A DNA stretch of 64,000 nucleotides. Source: Bacteroidota bacterium. Lineage in GTDB: Bacteria > Bacteroidota > Bacteroidia > Flavobacteriales > Flavobacteriaceae. This document shows positions 1 through 8,685 of the stretch, in pieces; within the stretch, counting starts at the first letter, position 1; every line of letters begins with the position of its first letter. A model generated the notes under the pieces. That model had not been told where the DNA came from. It was given only the letters and a program-made list of their open reading frames with translations, and made no database searches. The translations under genes and the position numbers were made by a program. The DNA is taken from the NCBI GenBank assembly GCA_041163765.1, contig JBEAQS010000098.1, positions 2,255-66,254 on the forward strand, given 5' to 3'.

Positions 1-853
1 ACATGCTTTCACTCTATTAAGGCATGGGAAATTCAAGGAATTTAAGCAGTATACTGATTTTGTCTTTTTAGGCTATTTAGTCATGGGCATGATATTCAGC
101 TATTTCAGTGTCTCCAAAATCTTGGATTACTTTCTAAAAACCAGAGAGCTTTACGTCTGGTCGGTGTTTTTTGGCATGATCATAGGTTCGGTGTATTATA
201 TATCCAAGAGTTTTGGCGGATGGAACAGCAGAAACAGAAGTTTTGGACTCCTGGGACTCATCCTGGGTATCAGCATCAGCTTTTTAAGTCCTGCGCAAGA
301 AAACGACCACTGGCTCTTTGTTTTCTTCTGTGGTATGATCAGTGTTTCCGGGATGACATTACCTGGACTATCCGGATCATTTATACTCATGCTGATGGGC
401 AACTATGTGCTTTTACTGGTTGAATCAGTCAATGCATTGTTTGACACATTGACTGAAATAGCACAATTAGAGTTTGGGTTTATACACGATACCGCTCGGC
501 TAGACGCCTTGTTCACCCTGGGTGTCTTCACCCTTGGATCAGTGGTAGGATTGATTACTCTTTCTCACTTTATTGGCTATTTACTCAAACGCTTTCACGA
601 TCAAACAACGGCTTCCATCATTGGATTTATCACAGGATCCCTAGGTGTTGTTTGGCCATGGAAAGAGGCTGATTACCTTTATGACGCTGCGGGAAATGTG
701 GTCACCGACAGTTATTTGCAACCCGTAGTCATTCAATTTACTCGATACATACCAAAACTAAACGACGCTCTAAACCTCTGGGCCCTGGTGTTTATCTTAT
801 CCGGAATCGCATTACTCGTATTTTTAGAACGCTATGGAGCCCAAAAAAAATAG
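1..853 (+). CDS. DUF368 family integral membrane protein (undecaprenyl-phosphate translocase-type family), 5'-truncated by window edge
   Basis: The frame of ORF 83..853 stays open back to nt 2 (HAFTLLRHGKFKEF...), so the gene begins upstream of the window. Multi-TM protein with a DUF368-like GLSGSFILMLMG motif. Confidence 0.7.
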   Translation, partial: HAFTLLRHGKFKEFKQYTDFVFLGYLVMGMIFSYFSVSKILDYFLKTRELYVWSVFFGMIIGSVYYISKSFGGWNSRNRSFGLLGLILGISISFLSPAQENDHWLFVFFCGMISVSGMTLPGLSGSFILMLMGNYVLLLVESVNALFDTLTEIAQLEFGFIHDTARLDALFTLGVFTLGSVVGLITLSHFIGYLLKRFHDQTTASIIGFITGSLGVVWPWKEADYLYDAAGNVVTDSYLQPVVIQFTRYIPKLNDALNLWALVFILSGIALLVFLERYGAQKK

Positions 854-1577
854 ATATGGCCTTTTAGGCAGAAACATCTCCTATTCATTTTCCCGGGGAT
901 ATTTCACCCAGAAATTTGAATCAGAAGGATTAACCGATTACAGCTACGAAAACTTTGATTTGCCCGATCTTTCCTCATTGCGCTCACAAGTGTTCGACGA
1001 TGCTTCCATCAAGGGTATTAATGTTACCATACCCTACAAAACAGAGGTAATTCCCCAACTCGATGAACTCAGAGGAGCCGCAGACGAAATTCAAGCAGTG
1101 AATACTATTGCCCGTGAGGGCGATCGTTTGATCGGCTACAATACGGATGTAATCGGCTTTAAAAACTCGTTGCTTCCCCACTTAAAAAGCCACCACAAAC
1201 AAGCACTTATTCTCGGAACCGGTGGTGCGTCAAAAGCGGTAGCCTACGTATTAGCACAGTTAAACATCCACTATCAGTGGGTGTCTCGCACCCCAGATCA
1301 AGGACAAATTGCGTATCGAGATATCGATGAAAAGATCGCAGGGAGCCACCTGCTCGTGATACAATGCAGTCCTTTGGGTACCTACCCCAACATCGAGCAA
1401 AAACCTGAATTTCCCTACCGCTATCTAACCGAACGACATTTGTTGTTTGATTTGATCTACAATCCAGAAATTACTGCTTTTATGAAGGCTGGTATCTCAA
1501 AAGGCGCACAAGCAGTCAACGGGTATCAGATGTTGGTAGAACAAGCCGAAGAAGCTTGGCGTATTTGGTCAAAATAA
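834..1577 (+). CDS. aroE: shikimate dehydrogenase
   Basis: 247 aa with YGLLG..SYS, NVTIPYK, NTD..GF and GTGGASKA Rossmann motifs typical of AroE. Overlaps the upstream gene by 20 nt. Confidence 0.85.
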   Translation: MEPKKNRYGLLGRNISYSFSRGYFTQKFESEGLTDYSYENFDLPDLSSLRSQVFDDASIKGINVTIPYKTEVIPQLDELRGAADEIQAVNTIAREGDRLIGYNTDVIGFKNSLLPHLKSHHKQALILGTGGASKAVAYVLAQLNIHYQWVSRTPDQGQIAYRDIDEKIAGSHLLVIQCSPLGTYPNIEQKPEFPYRYLTERHLLFDLIYNPEITAFMKAGISKGAQAVNGYQMLVEQAEEAWRIWSK

Positions 1578-1676
1578 CGCCCTGAAAATAGACAAAGTAA
1601 TTAGCCTTCAATTTTTTGGAATTTGTTGGGTAGTTAGTATCTTACTGACCGGTATTAACCATGAAACACCACTGAT

Positions 1677-3365
1677 ATGTCAGAAGAGAAAGCGCCAGAA
1701 CAACAGAATACTCCTCAAGAAGTTACGAGTCCTGTTGATGCGCATTTGCACGAAATCGACCACTCCAATGCTGCAGATGCAGAGCTTGACAAGCATCAAG
1801 ACAAGCACCAAATACCCTTTTTGGACTATTCCAATATGGCGCTGGAGAATTTAGTGGGAGAATTACAACGCTTGGTGAAAAATGAATCTGTCTCATTGAT
1901 CAAAAGACACGTTGACGCTATAAAAAATTCATTTGACCAACAATTTCAAGCATTATTTGACTCAAAAAAAGAGGAGTATCTAGCGCAAGGCGGTGTTGAG
2001 ATGGATTTTAAATTCAGCAGCGTAGATAAGCGTCAGTTTAATGAAGTATATAAAGAGTATCGCGAAAAGAGAGCTGACTACTATCAACGTCAAGAAATAC
2101 AGCTGAAAAACAACTTAGCGCATCGTTGGGAGTTGATTGAGCGCCTCAAAGGATTAATCTCCATGGAGGAGGATATCAATACCACATACAACAATTTTAA
2201 AGTGATATTGGCGGAATGGAAAAATGCCGGTCCGATTCCACGGGATAAATACAACGATGTTTGGCGTACGTATCACCACCATATGGAGATCTTTTATGAT
2301 TTCCTCAATTTGAATCGCGAGTTACGGGATCTTGATTTCAAACACAATCTAGAGGAAAAACTAAAACTGGTAGAACGCGCTGAAGAGTTGGCGGAACAAA
2401 CCGATATTCATCAAGCTTTTCAAGAGTTACAGGTGCTTCACAAAATCTGGAAAGAGGATTTGGGCCCCGTAGACAAGGAACACAGAAATGAGATTTGGGA
2501 TCGTTTCAGCAAAGCTACAAAAACAATTCACGACAAGAGACAAGCTTACTTTGCCTCTTTAGACAAAGACCTCGAAGTTAATCTTCACGCTAAAGAGGAG
2601 ATTCTCGAAAAAATAAAACAGCTGACACTCCAGGCCCCAACTTCCCATAAGGAAATCCAAAACCAGATAAAATCTATGGAGTCATTACGCCAATCCTTTA
2701 TGGAAATTGGCAAAGTGCCCAGCAAACAAAGCGATAAAATTTGGAGAAGTTTCAAAGAACTAAGCAGAACATTCAATAAGAATAAAAACAACTTCTTTAA
2801 AAACATCAAAAAAGATCAAAACGATCACCTAACGCAAAAAAGAGCTCTGTTAGAAATAGCCCAGGGGTTGGTTGAAGCTGAAATTAACGAGGCGAATACG
2901 GCAGAACTCAAACGCATTCAGGCAGCTTGGAAAGAGGTTGGGCATGTGCCGAGAAAATTCTCAGATGCGCTATGGAAAGACTTCAAATCCGCATGTAATG
3001 CATATTTCGAACGCCTTCAAGCGCATAAGAAAACACAACAGTCCCCATCAGCAGATAGACAAACACGAAGAGGGCATACGCCTTCTGCGCCAGCTCAACA
3101 ATCAGAGCGCTCTATCATTCGGAAAAAAATGGAAGAGGAGCAGGACAAGATACGTCAGCTGGAAAATAACCTAGCATTTTTTAGTCATGTCCCCGAGGAT
3201 AATCCTGTGGTTAAAGATGTTCAGAAAAAGATCGATCTACTACATAAACAGCTGGACGCGTTAAAAGAACAACTCAAACAAATCAATATTCAGGAGCATC
3301 AACAGAAAAAGGCAGCGCAAGAAGCTGAAGAATCTACCGAAGCTCAGGAAGAGTCCGCTGAATAA
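1677..3365 (+). CDS. DUF349 domain-containing protein
   Basis: 562 aa, highly charged and helical, with repeated W-x-K/E...GP(V/I)P..-type modules (e.g. WKNAGPIPRDK, WKEDLGPVDKE, WKEVGHVPRKF) characteristic of DUF349. Confidence 0.75.
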   Translation: MSEEKAPEQQNTPQEVTSPVDAHLHEIDHSNAADAELDKHQDKHQIPFLDYSNMALENLVGELQRLVKNESVSLIKRHVDAIKNSFDQQFQALFDSKKEEYLAQGGVEMDFKFSSVDKRQFNEVYKEYREKRADYYQRQEIQLKNNLAHRWELIERLKGLISMEEDINTTYNNFKVILAEWKNAGPIPRDKYNDVWRTYHHHMEIFYDFLNLNRELRDLDFKHNLEEKLKLVERAEELAEQTDIHQAFQELQVLHKIWKEDLGPVDKEHRNEIWDRFSKATKTIHDKRQAYFASLDKDLEVNLHAKEEILEKIKQLTLQAPTSHKEIQNQIKSMESLRQSFMEIGKVPSKQSDKIWRSFKELSRTFNKNKNNFFKNIKKDQNDHLTQKRALLEIAQGLVEAEINEANTAELKRIQAAWKEVGHVPRKFSDALWKDFKSACNAYFERLQAHKKTQQSPSADRQTRRGHTPSAPAQQSERSIIRKKMEEEQDKIRQLENNLAFFSHVPEDNPVVKDVQKKIDLLHKQLDALKEQLKQINIQEHQQKKAAQEAEESTEAQEESAE

Positions 3366-3395
3366 AAAAAAGCCTCCAGTTGGAGGCTTTTTTTA
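3364..3395. terminator. bidirectional intrinsic terminator between the DUF349 gene and rny
   Basis: A7-AGCCTCCA-GT-TGGAGGCT-T7: a perfect GC-rich hairpin flanked by an A-tract and a T-tract, between convergent genes. Confidence 0.7.
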
Positions 3396-3412
3396 TTCAA
3401 TATACCAGAGGG

Positions 3413-4978
3413 CTACTTAGCCACGTTTACTGCTCGAGTTTCGCGGATTACGGTAACCTTTACCTGACCGGGATAAGTCATGTCTGTTTGGATTTTTTGA
3501 GAGATTTCAAAAGACATCTCCATCGCTTGCTCATCGCTTACCTTTTCGCTTTCAACGATTACCCGTAATTCTCTACCGGCTTGAATCGCATAAGCTTTTT
3601 GCACTCCCTTAAACCCAAACGCAATATCTTCAAGATCTTTAAGTCTTTGGATATATGAATCAAGAACTTGTCTTCGCGCTCCTGGACGGGCTCCACTAAT
3701 AGCATCACAAACCTGAACAATGGGAGCGATCAGTGTTTTCATTTCAATCTCATCGTGGTGAGCACCAATGGCATTGCACACATCTGGCTTTTCGCCATAT
3801 TTTTCAGCCCATTGCATACCCAGAATAGCGTGTGGCGTTTCTGCATCAGCCTCGCTATGCGGTACTTTTCCAATATCGTGTAAGAGACCAGCGCGTTTGG
3901 CCAGTTTGGCGTTTATACCCAATTCAGCAGCCATCACACCGCACAGCTTAGCTACTTCTCTTGAGTGTTGCAGTAAGTTTTGACCATAAGAAGATCGATA
4001 CTTCATGCGGCCAACAGCCTTGATTAACTCTGGATGCAATCCGTGAATTCCCAAATCGATCACCGTTCGTTTTCCTACCTCAGCAATTTCTTCTTCGATC
4101 TGTTTTTCAGTCTTCTTAACCACCTCTTCAATACGGGCTGGGTGAATCCTTCCATCGGTAACTAATCGGTGAAGAGATAGACGAGCAATCTCTCGGCGCA
4201 CTGAGTCAAAACAAGAAAGAATGATCGCATCAGGTGTATCATCTACAATAATTTCCACCCCAGTCGCTGCCTCAATAGCGCGAATATTTCTTCCTTCCCT
4301 GCCAATGATTCTACCTTTAACATCGTCAGATTCAAGATTGAACACCGAAACACAATTTTCGACAGCCTCTTCCGTACCGATGCGTTGGATGGTATTGATG
4401 ACAATCTTTTTAGCCTCTTGTTGCGCAGTAAGCTTGGCCTCTTCCATCGCTGTTTGCATATAAGCCATAGCCCCTGTTTTGGCTTCTTCTTTTAAAGTAG
4501 TCATCAACTGCTCCTTGGCATCTTGGGCGGATAAGCCAGAAATCACTTCGAGTTGTTGTACTTGATTTTTGTGAAGACGGTCCACCTCAGCTTGCTTTTT
4601 ATCTAGCAATTCCGATTTTTGGGCCACTTCTTGAAGCTGCCGCTCTAACTGATCAGAAAGCTTTTTATTTTGGGCGAGCTCGGCGCTAACCTGAGACTCC
4701 TTATCTCTGGTTCTCTTTTCCGCTTCAGCTATTTTCTTGTCTTTTTGAACTATGTGTTGCTCATGCTCTGCCTTGAGCTCTAGAAACTTTTCTTTTGCTT
4801 GAAAGATTTTGTCTTTCTTGATGTTTTCTGCTTCTACTTTAGCGTTTTTAATGATGTCCAAAGCCTCTTTTCTGGCACTGGCTATGGTTTTCGAAGCCTT
4901 GCCTTTTTCCATGATTTTAGCAGCGCCAAAACCAAGGACTGACATCAGTGCGCCGATGATCCACGGGGTTATTTCCAT
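3413..4978 (-). CDS. rny: ribonuclease Y
   Basis: 521 aa with an N-terminal TM helix, a long coiled coil, a KH domain ([12 protein letters not shown]) and an HD domain (LLHDIGK...GAHH). Confidence 0.95.
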   Translation of the reverse strand: MEITPWIIGALMSVLGFGAAKIMEKGKASKTIASARKEALDIIKNAKVEAENIKKDKIFQAKEKFLELKAEHEQHIVQKDKKIAEAEKRTRDKESQVSAELAQNKKLSDQLERQLQEVAQKSELLDKKQAEVDRLHKNQVQQLEVISGLSAQDAKEQLMTTLKEEAKTGAMAYMQTAMEEAKLTAQQEAKKIVINTIQRIGTEEAVENCVSVFNLESDDVKGRIIGREGRNIRAIEAATGVEIIVDDTPDAIILSCFDSVRREIARLSLHRLVTDGRIHPARIEEVVKKTEKQIEEEIAEVGKRTVIDLGIHGLHPELIKAVGRMKYRSSYGQNLLQHSREVAKLCGVMAAELGINAKLAKRAGLLHDIGKVPHSEADAETPHAILGMQWAEKYGEKPDVCNAIGAHHDEIEMKTLIAPIVQVCDAISGARPGARRQVLDSYIQRLKDLEDIAFGFKGVQKAYAIQAGRELRVIVESEKVSDEQAMEMSFEISQKIQTDMTYPGQVKVTVIRETRAVNVAK

Positions 4979-4999
4979 TGTTATGTGTATTTAAATTAA

Positions 5000-5160
5000 A
5001 ATAAAAAACCCACACTGGTTGGGTTTGTACAAACTCCAAAAAACAGGTTTAAGGCTAACAGTATATTCGAGTTTCCTTGACGTGAAGGCATGCTCTAGGA
5101 TACTGACTCACCCCCTCGAATTCATTCGTGTTGAGTTTGTCAAAAATTGACCAATGTGGG
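5000..5160 (-). ncRNA. candidate 6S-like structured ncRNA downstream of zapA
   Basis: The 204-nt spacer has no ORF. Three long-range helices form a rod around an asymmetric internal bubble and end in U6AU4: 5160-5150 with 5019-5009 (11 bp), 5144-5133 with 5036-5024 (12 bp plus a bulge), and 5121-5115 with 5071-5065 (7 bp). The ends are approximate. Confidence 0.45.
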
Positions 5161-5182
5161 CAGAATCTTGATAAAGAACGTT

Positions 5183-5473
5183 TTAGCCGATAGCTTCAGC
5201 AATGAGGTCATCCAATCGTGTTAGTCGTTGCGCCAATTCATCTGATTCTGCAGAATCTTGAAGAACTTTTTGCTCAACTTTAGAAGCGAAATGCAAGGCA
5301 CACATGGCCAATACATCTTGTTTATCTCGCACGGCGTAGTTCTGTTCAAAGCTTTTTGTCATGAGCTCTATTTGCTTGGCGGCTTTGCGCAAACCTTCTT
5401 CCTGTCTGGGATCGATGGTGAGCGGATAAACCCGATCAGCTATGGAGATTTTAATTTTTAGTTTCTCCGACAT
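5183..5473 (-). CDS. zapA: cell division protein ZapA
   Basis: 96 aa. N-terminus IKISIADRVYPLTIDPRQEE followed by a helical C-terminus, typical of ZapA. Confidence 0.85.
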   Translation of the reverse strand: MSEKLKIKISIADRVYPLTIDPRQEEGLRKAAKQIELMTKSFEQNYAVRDKQDVLAMCALHFASKVEQKVLQDSAESDELAQRLTRLDDLIAEAIG

Positions 5474-5475
5474 TA

Positions 5476-5766
5476 CTACACAGAGAGCGCACCTATACAG
5501 CGGTCCAACTCTTTTATTAGGGTGTTCATTTTCTGTTTGGCATCGGTCGTGTTTTGATCACTGCCGAGCACGCTGTGGGCCATTTGAAGTGCTTGAACTT
5601 GATGTTCCAGCTGTGATTGTTGTCGTTGATACGCTTCAAGTGCTGCTTGAAGATTCGATCTTTGGGCATTCAAGCCAGCTACTGCTTCTGTCAATTGATG
5701 GTTTCTGTCCAACAATTGCTGTACTTTTTGCTCTAAACCTGCAACGATGGCAATCATTTCGCTCAT
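5476..5766 (-). CDS. hypothetical coiled-coil protein co-transcribed with zapA
   Basis: Heptad-rich sequence (LEQKVQQLLDRNHQLTEAVAGLNAQ...). Start moved to the ATG at 5766, which avoids overlapping the divergent peptidase gene and sits 23 nt downstream of a TAATTTTG box. Confidence 0.55.
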   Translation of the reverse strand: MSEMIAIVAGLEQKVQQLLDRNHQLTEAVAGLNAQRSNLQAALEAYQRQQSQLEHQVQALQMAHSVLGSDQNTTDAKQKMNTLIKELDRCIGALSV

Positions 5767-5789
5767 TTCGCAAACAACATGCTTATTCA

Positions 5790-5797
5790 CAAAATTA
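5790..5797 (-). promoter_or_regulatory. -7 promoter box (TAATTTTG) for the coiled-coil/zapA operon
   Basis: Exact TAnnTTTG match on the minus strand, 23 nt upstream of the ATG at 5766. No good -33 TTG. Confidence 0.35.
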
Positions 5798-5847
5798 ATC
5801 ATTTAATGGCAAAAAAGTATCATTCTTCTTTTATAATTTTAGAGAAT

Positions 5848-7527
5848 ATGCGCTCACCTCTAAGTATACTGTGGCTAGGTATATGGCTCTTCGCAACAAA
5901 CGCCCAAGCCACCCAGTCATCAAACGATTCAATCATCCCGCCCATGGATATTCCCTTGGTCTTAGCGGGTAATTTTGCCGAATTAAGAAACAACCACTTC
6001 CATGCAGGTTTGGACATCAAAACCCAACAACGAGAGGGTATCCCAGTTCGCGCTGTACAGGGAGGCTACGTATCTAGAATAAAGGTGAGTCCCTGGGGGT
6101 ACGGAAAGGTTATTTACATCACCCATCCCAACCAAACGACTTCGGTGTACGCTCACTTACAAAAATTTGCTGGTCCCATTGAAAAATACGTTTACGAGCA
6201 ACAATACACGGCTGAATCTTTTGAAATTGAACGCTTTCTCACTCCAGAACAGCTACCTGTAACGCAAGGGATGATCATCGGGCTCAGCGGGAATACAGGG
6301 AGCTCTGCAGCTCCCCACCTTCATTTTGAAATTCGAGATACCCCAAGTGCTGATCCGCTTAACCCAGCTGAGTTGGGAATTCGAGTCAATGATCACACAC
6401 CTCCGATGATTCAACAGCTTTGGCTCTATGAACCATGGAATAACCTGGATAAAATCAAAAAAAGACAAATCCCGATGCAACTTCCCCAACAAGGCTCATG
6501 GACAACTTCGGAAGTACGCGTCAGCGGACCAGCTGCATTAGGCTTGGTTGGATTTGATCGACAAGAAGGCGCTGCCAACAGAAATGGAATTTATGGCTAC
6601 CGAGTGAAACTAGGAAGCCGAGTGCTGTATGAAAAAACTCATCAAAGGTTCTCTTTTAGCGATGACGCTCAGTTCAATTACATGATCGACTACCCCCAAT
6701 ACCAAAAAACCAGATCCATGGTACGTTGGTTATTTGCCCCAAACGATCAGAAACAGGGTTGGTTTACCTTAGCGATCAACCAACGAGACACCATTCACCT
6801 CGAGGTTTGGGACCTAAACGGAAATATGACCCACGGTAAAATTCCGGTATTAGGTACTGTAGCAGAAAACGGCATCGCTCCTCCTTGGTCGGATGCCACC
6901 ACTCAGCGGGGACACGAAATCATTCATCCAGATCGCCCCTGGCAGTATCAGTCAGGATCCTGGCAAATCACAATCCCTCAACAAGCACTTTTCGAGAAAG
7001 CAGAACTCAGTGTCGGTGAAAAAAAATCTGGCATTCAAGTAGGCAACCCTCATATACCCCTGGCAAAATCAATATCTATCTCCAAAAAAATGGACTCCAT
7101 TCCCGAGGAAAAAAAGAGATTTGCCACACTCATACGCACCACGGATAAAGGGGGGCGTATTTTTGTTCCCACCACAAGAAAGGACAATGAACTTGTTACA
7201 TGGACAAAAATATTGGGGACCTATCAGGTTGGGTTTGATTCCATCGCGCCCAGTGTTCAACCAAAAAATTTCGTGCGCCAACAAAAACTGCCCTATTTTA
7301 AGTTCCTGACATTTAAAATCAGTGACGTGGGAAGCGGTATTCAGTCTTATCGTGGCACCATCAACGGCCAATGGATGTTGTTGGAATACGAACCCAAGAA
7401 AGGACAACTAACATACACAGCAGATCATCTGGTTGATCAGGCAGGTACCTATGAAATTGCCGTTGAAGTCATGGATCAAGTAGGCAATAAAACAGTTTTT
7501 TCAACCCAGTTAACCAAAACAAAATAA
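5848..7527 (+). CDS. M23 family metallopeptidase (secreted)
   Basis: HFHAGLDIK and GNTGSSAAPHLHFEIRD are M23/LytM zinc-ligand motifs. The signal peptide MRSPLSILWLGIWLFATNAQA supports a start at 5848 rather than 5779. Confidence 0.85.
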   Translation: MRSPLSILWLGIWLFATNAQATQSSNDSIIPPMDIPLVLAGNFAELRNNHFHAGLDIKTQQREGIPVRAVQGGYVSRIKVSPWGYGKVIYITHPNQTTSVYAHLQKFAGPIEKYVYEQQYTAESFEIERFLTPEQLPVTQGMIIGLSGNTGSSAAPHLHFEIRDTPSADPLNPAELGIRVNDHTPPMIQQLWLYEPWNNLDKIKKRQIPMQLPQQGSWTTSEVRVSGPAALGLVGFDRQEGAANRNGIYGYRVKLGSRVLYEKTHQRFSFSDDAQFNYMIDYPQYQKTRSMVRWLFAPNDQKQGWFTLAINQRDTIHLEVWDLNGNMTHGKIPVLGTVAENGIAPPWSDATTQRGHEIIHPDRPWQYQSGSWQITIPQQALFEKAELSVGEKKSGIQVGNPHIPLAKSISISKKMDSIPEEKKRFATLIRTTDKGGRIFVPTTRKDNELVTWTKILGTYQVGFDSIAPSVQPKNFVRQQKLPYFKFLTFKISDVGSGIQSYRGTINGQWMLLEYEPKKGQLTYTADHLVDQAGTYEIAVEVMDQVGNKTVFSTQLTKTK

Positions 7528-7536
7528 CTGAAACTC

Positions 7537-8685
7537 CTACTGTGCCATGAGGGCACACAGCTGATCCACTGCGTAATCAATCTCGTCTGTTTGATTGGTA
7601 TGCGCTAGTGAAAAACGAATGGCGTTGGCGGCTCTTGAGCTATCTGACAACAATTCGGTGAGCACATGGGAGGCCTGAGAACTACCCGATTGACAAGCCG
7701 ATCCTTTGGAGCAAGCTATTCCTTGCATATCCAACTGAAACAACAGCATCAAAGACTGTTCTTGAGTCAAAGGCAGACTGACATTTAAAAGTGTATAGGT
7801 GCTATTGTCCAGATCAGCACAAGCACCATTAAATTGAATACCTGGAATACGACTGATCAACTGATCGATAAAGTATTTTTTTAGGCCCAGCACATAGCGC
7901 TGCTCTTGTTCTAGGTGTTCGTAGGAAAGCACAAACGCTTTTTCCATACCCAATATGTTATGAACAGACTCTGTACCTGCGCGAAAACCTCGTTCTTGAG
8001 CACCACCCGCTATAAGCGGCTTAATCGGATGTTTTTTTCGGATAAAGGCAAATCCTATTCCTTTAGGTCCGTGGAATTTGTGGGCTGCCGCGGTTAAAAA
8101 ATCAATCGGAACCTCTTGGAGATTCCACGCAAAATGACCGATAGACTGAACAGTATCCGAATGAAATAACGCTTGGTGGTCTTGACAAATTTTGGCTACT
8201 CTAGCTACATCGAGCAAATTACCGATCTCATTGTTTACATGCATCAAACTCACCAAGGTTTTGGTAGAACCTTTGCTTAAAAGTTCATTGAGTTTGTCCA
8301 AATCTGGATGGCCTTGCTCGTCGATCGATAAAAATATAAGCTCGATACGTCCTTGATCTCTTAAATCTTCCAAAGGATGAAGCACGGCATGGTGTTCAAT
8401 AGCTGTAGTGATGACCCTTTTCACACCTAAATCTCGAACAGCCCCATAGATAATCATGTTATCCGCTTCTGTCCCCCCTGAGGTAAATATAATTTCTGAC
8501 GGGTGAGCACCGAGCTGGGCAGCAATTGTTTTTCTGGCTTGTTCCACACCTGATTTTGCTTGACGACCAAATTGATGGGTCGAAGACGGATTGCCAAAAT
8601 GTTGGCTCATGGCTTGATGCATGACCTCAATCACCTCACGTCGCAATGGGGTGGTGGCTGCGTGGTCAAAATAAATTTGTTTCAT
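7537..8685 (-). CDS. cysteine desulfurase (class V aminotransferase, NifS/IscS-like)
   Basis: 382 aa with FTSGGTE..N, SAHKFHGPKG (PLP lysine) and a GSACQSG active-site Cys loop. Overlaps rocD by 4 nt. Confidence 0.85.
   Translation of the reverse strand: MKQIYFDHAATTPLRREVIEVMHQAMSQHFGNPSSTHQFGRQAKSGVEQARKTIAAQLGAHPSEIIFTSGGTEADNMIIYGAVRDLGVKRVITTAIEHHAVLHPLEDLRDQGRIELIFLSIDEQGHPDLDKLNELLSKGSTKTLVSLMHVNNEIGNLLDVARVAKICQDHQALFHSDTVQSIGHFAWNLQEVPIDFLTAAAHKFHGPKGIGFAFIRKKHPIKPLIAGGAQERGFRAGTESVHNILGMEKAFVLSYEHLEQEQRYVLGLKKYFIDQLISRIPGIQFNGACADLDNSTYTLLNVSLPLTQEQSLMLLFQLDMQGIACSKGSACQSGSSQASHVLTELLSDSSRAANAIRFSLAHTNQTDEIDYAVDQLCALMAQ

Noticed and set aside
1578-1676. An imperfect hairpin (GGTAGTTAG-TAT-CTTACTGACC) between aroE and the DUF349 gene.
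   Set aside because: It has no following T-tract, contains a bulge and a mismatch, and has no second copy elsewhere in the window. That is insufficient to call a terminator or repeat element.
5003-5026. The 3' part of the zapA-rny spacer could be a simple local terminator hairpin (AAACCCA-ACCAGUG-UGGGUUU plus a U-tract) rather than part of a 6S-like RNA.
   Set aside because: Not fully rejected. The local hairpin is weak (4 G/C pairs) and lies 160 nt beyond the zapA stop, while the same 3' strand forms an 11-bp helix with 5160-5150 and two further nested helices. I kept the ncRNA interpretation at moderate confidence.
5160-5260. An 11-nt direct repeat GCAGAATCTTG at 5160-5170 and 5250-5260, flanking the zapA 3' end.
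   Set aside because: One copy is inside the zapA coding sequence. There is no associated inverted repeat, insertion or duplication signature. A single 11-mer coincidence has no interpretable function.
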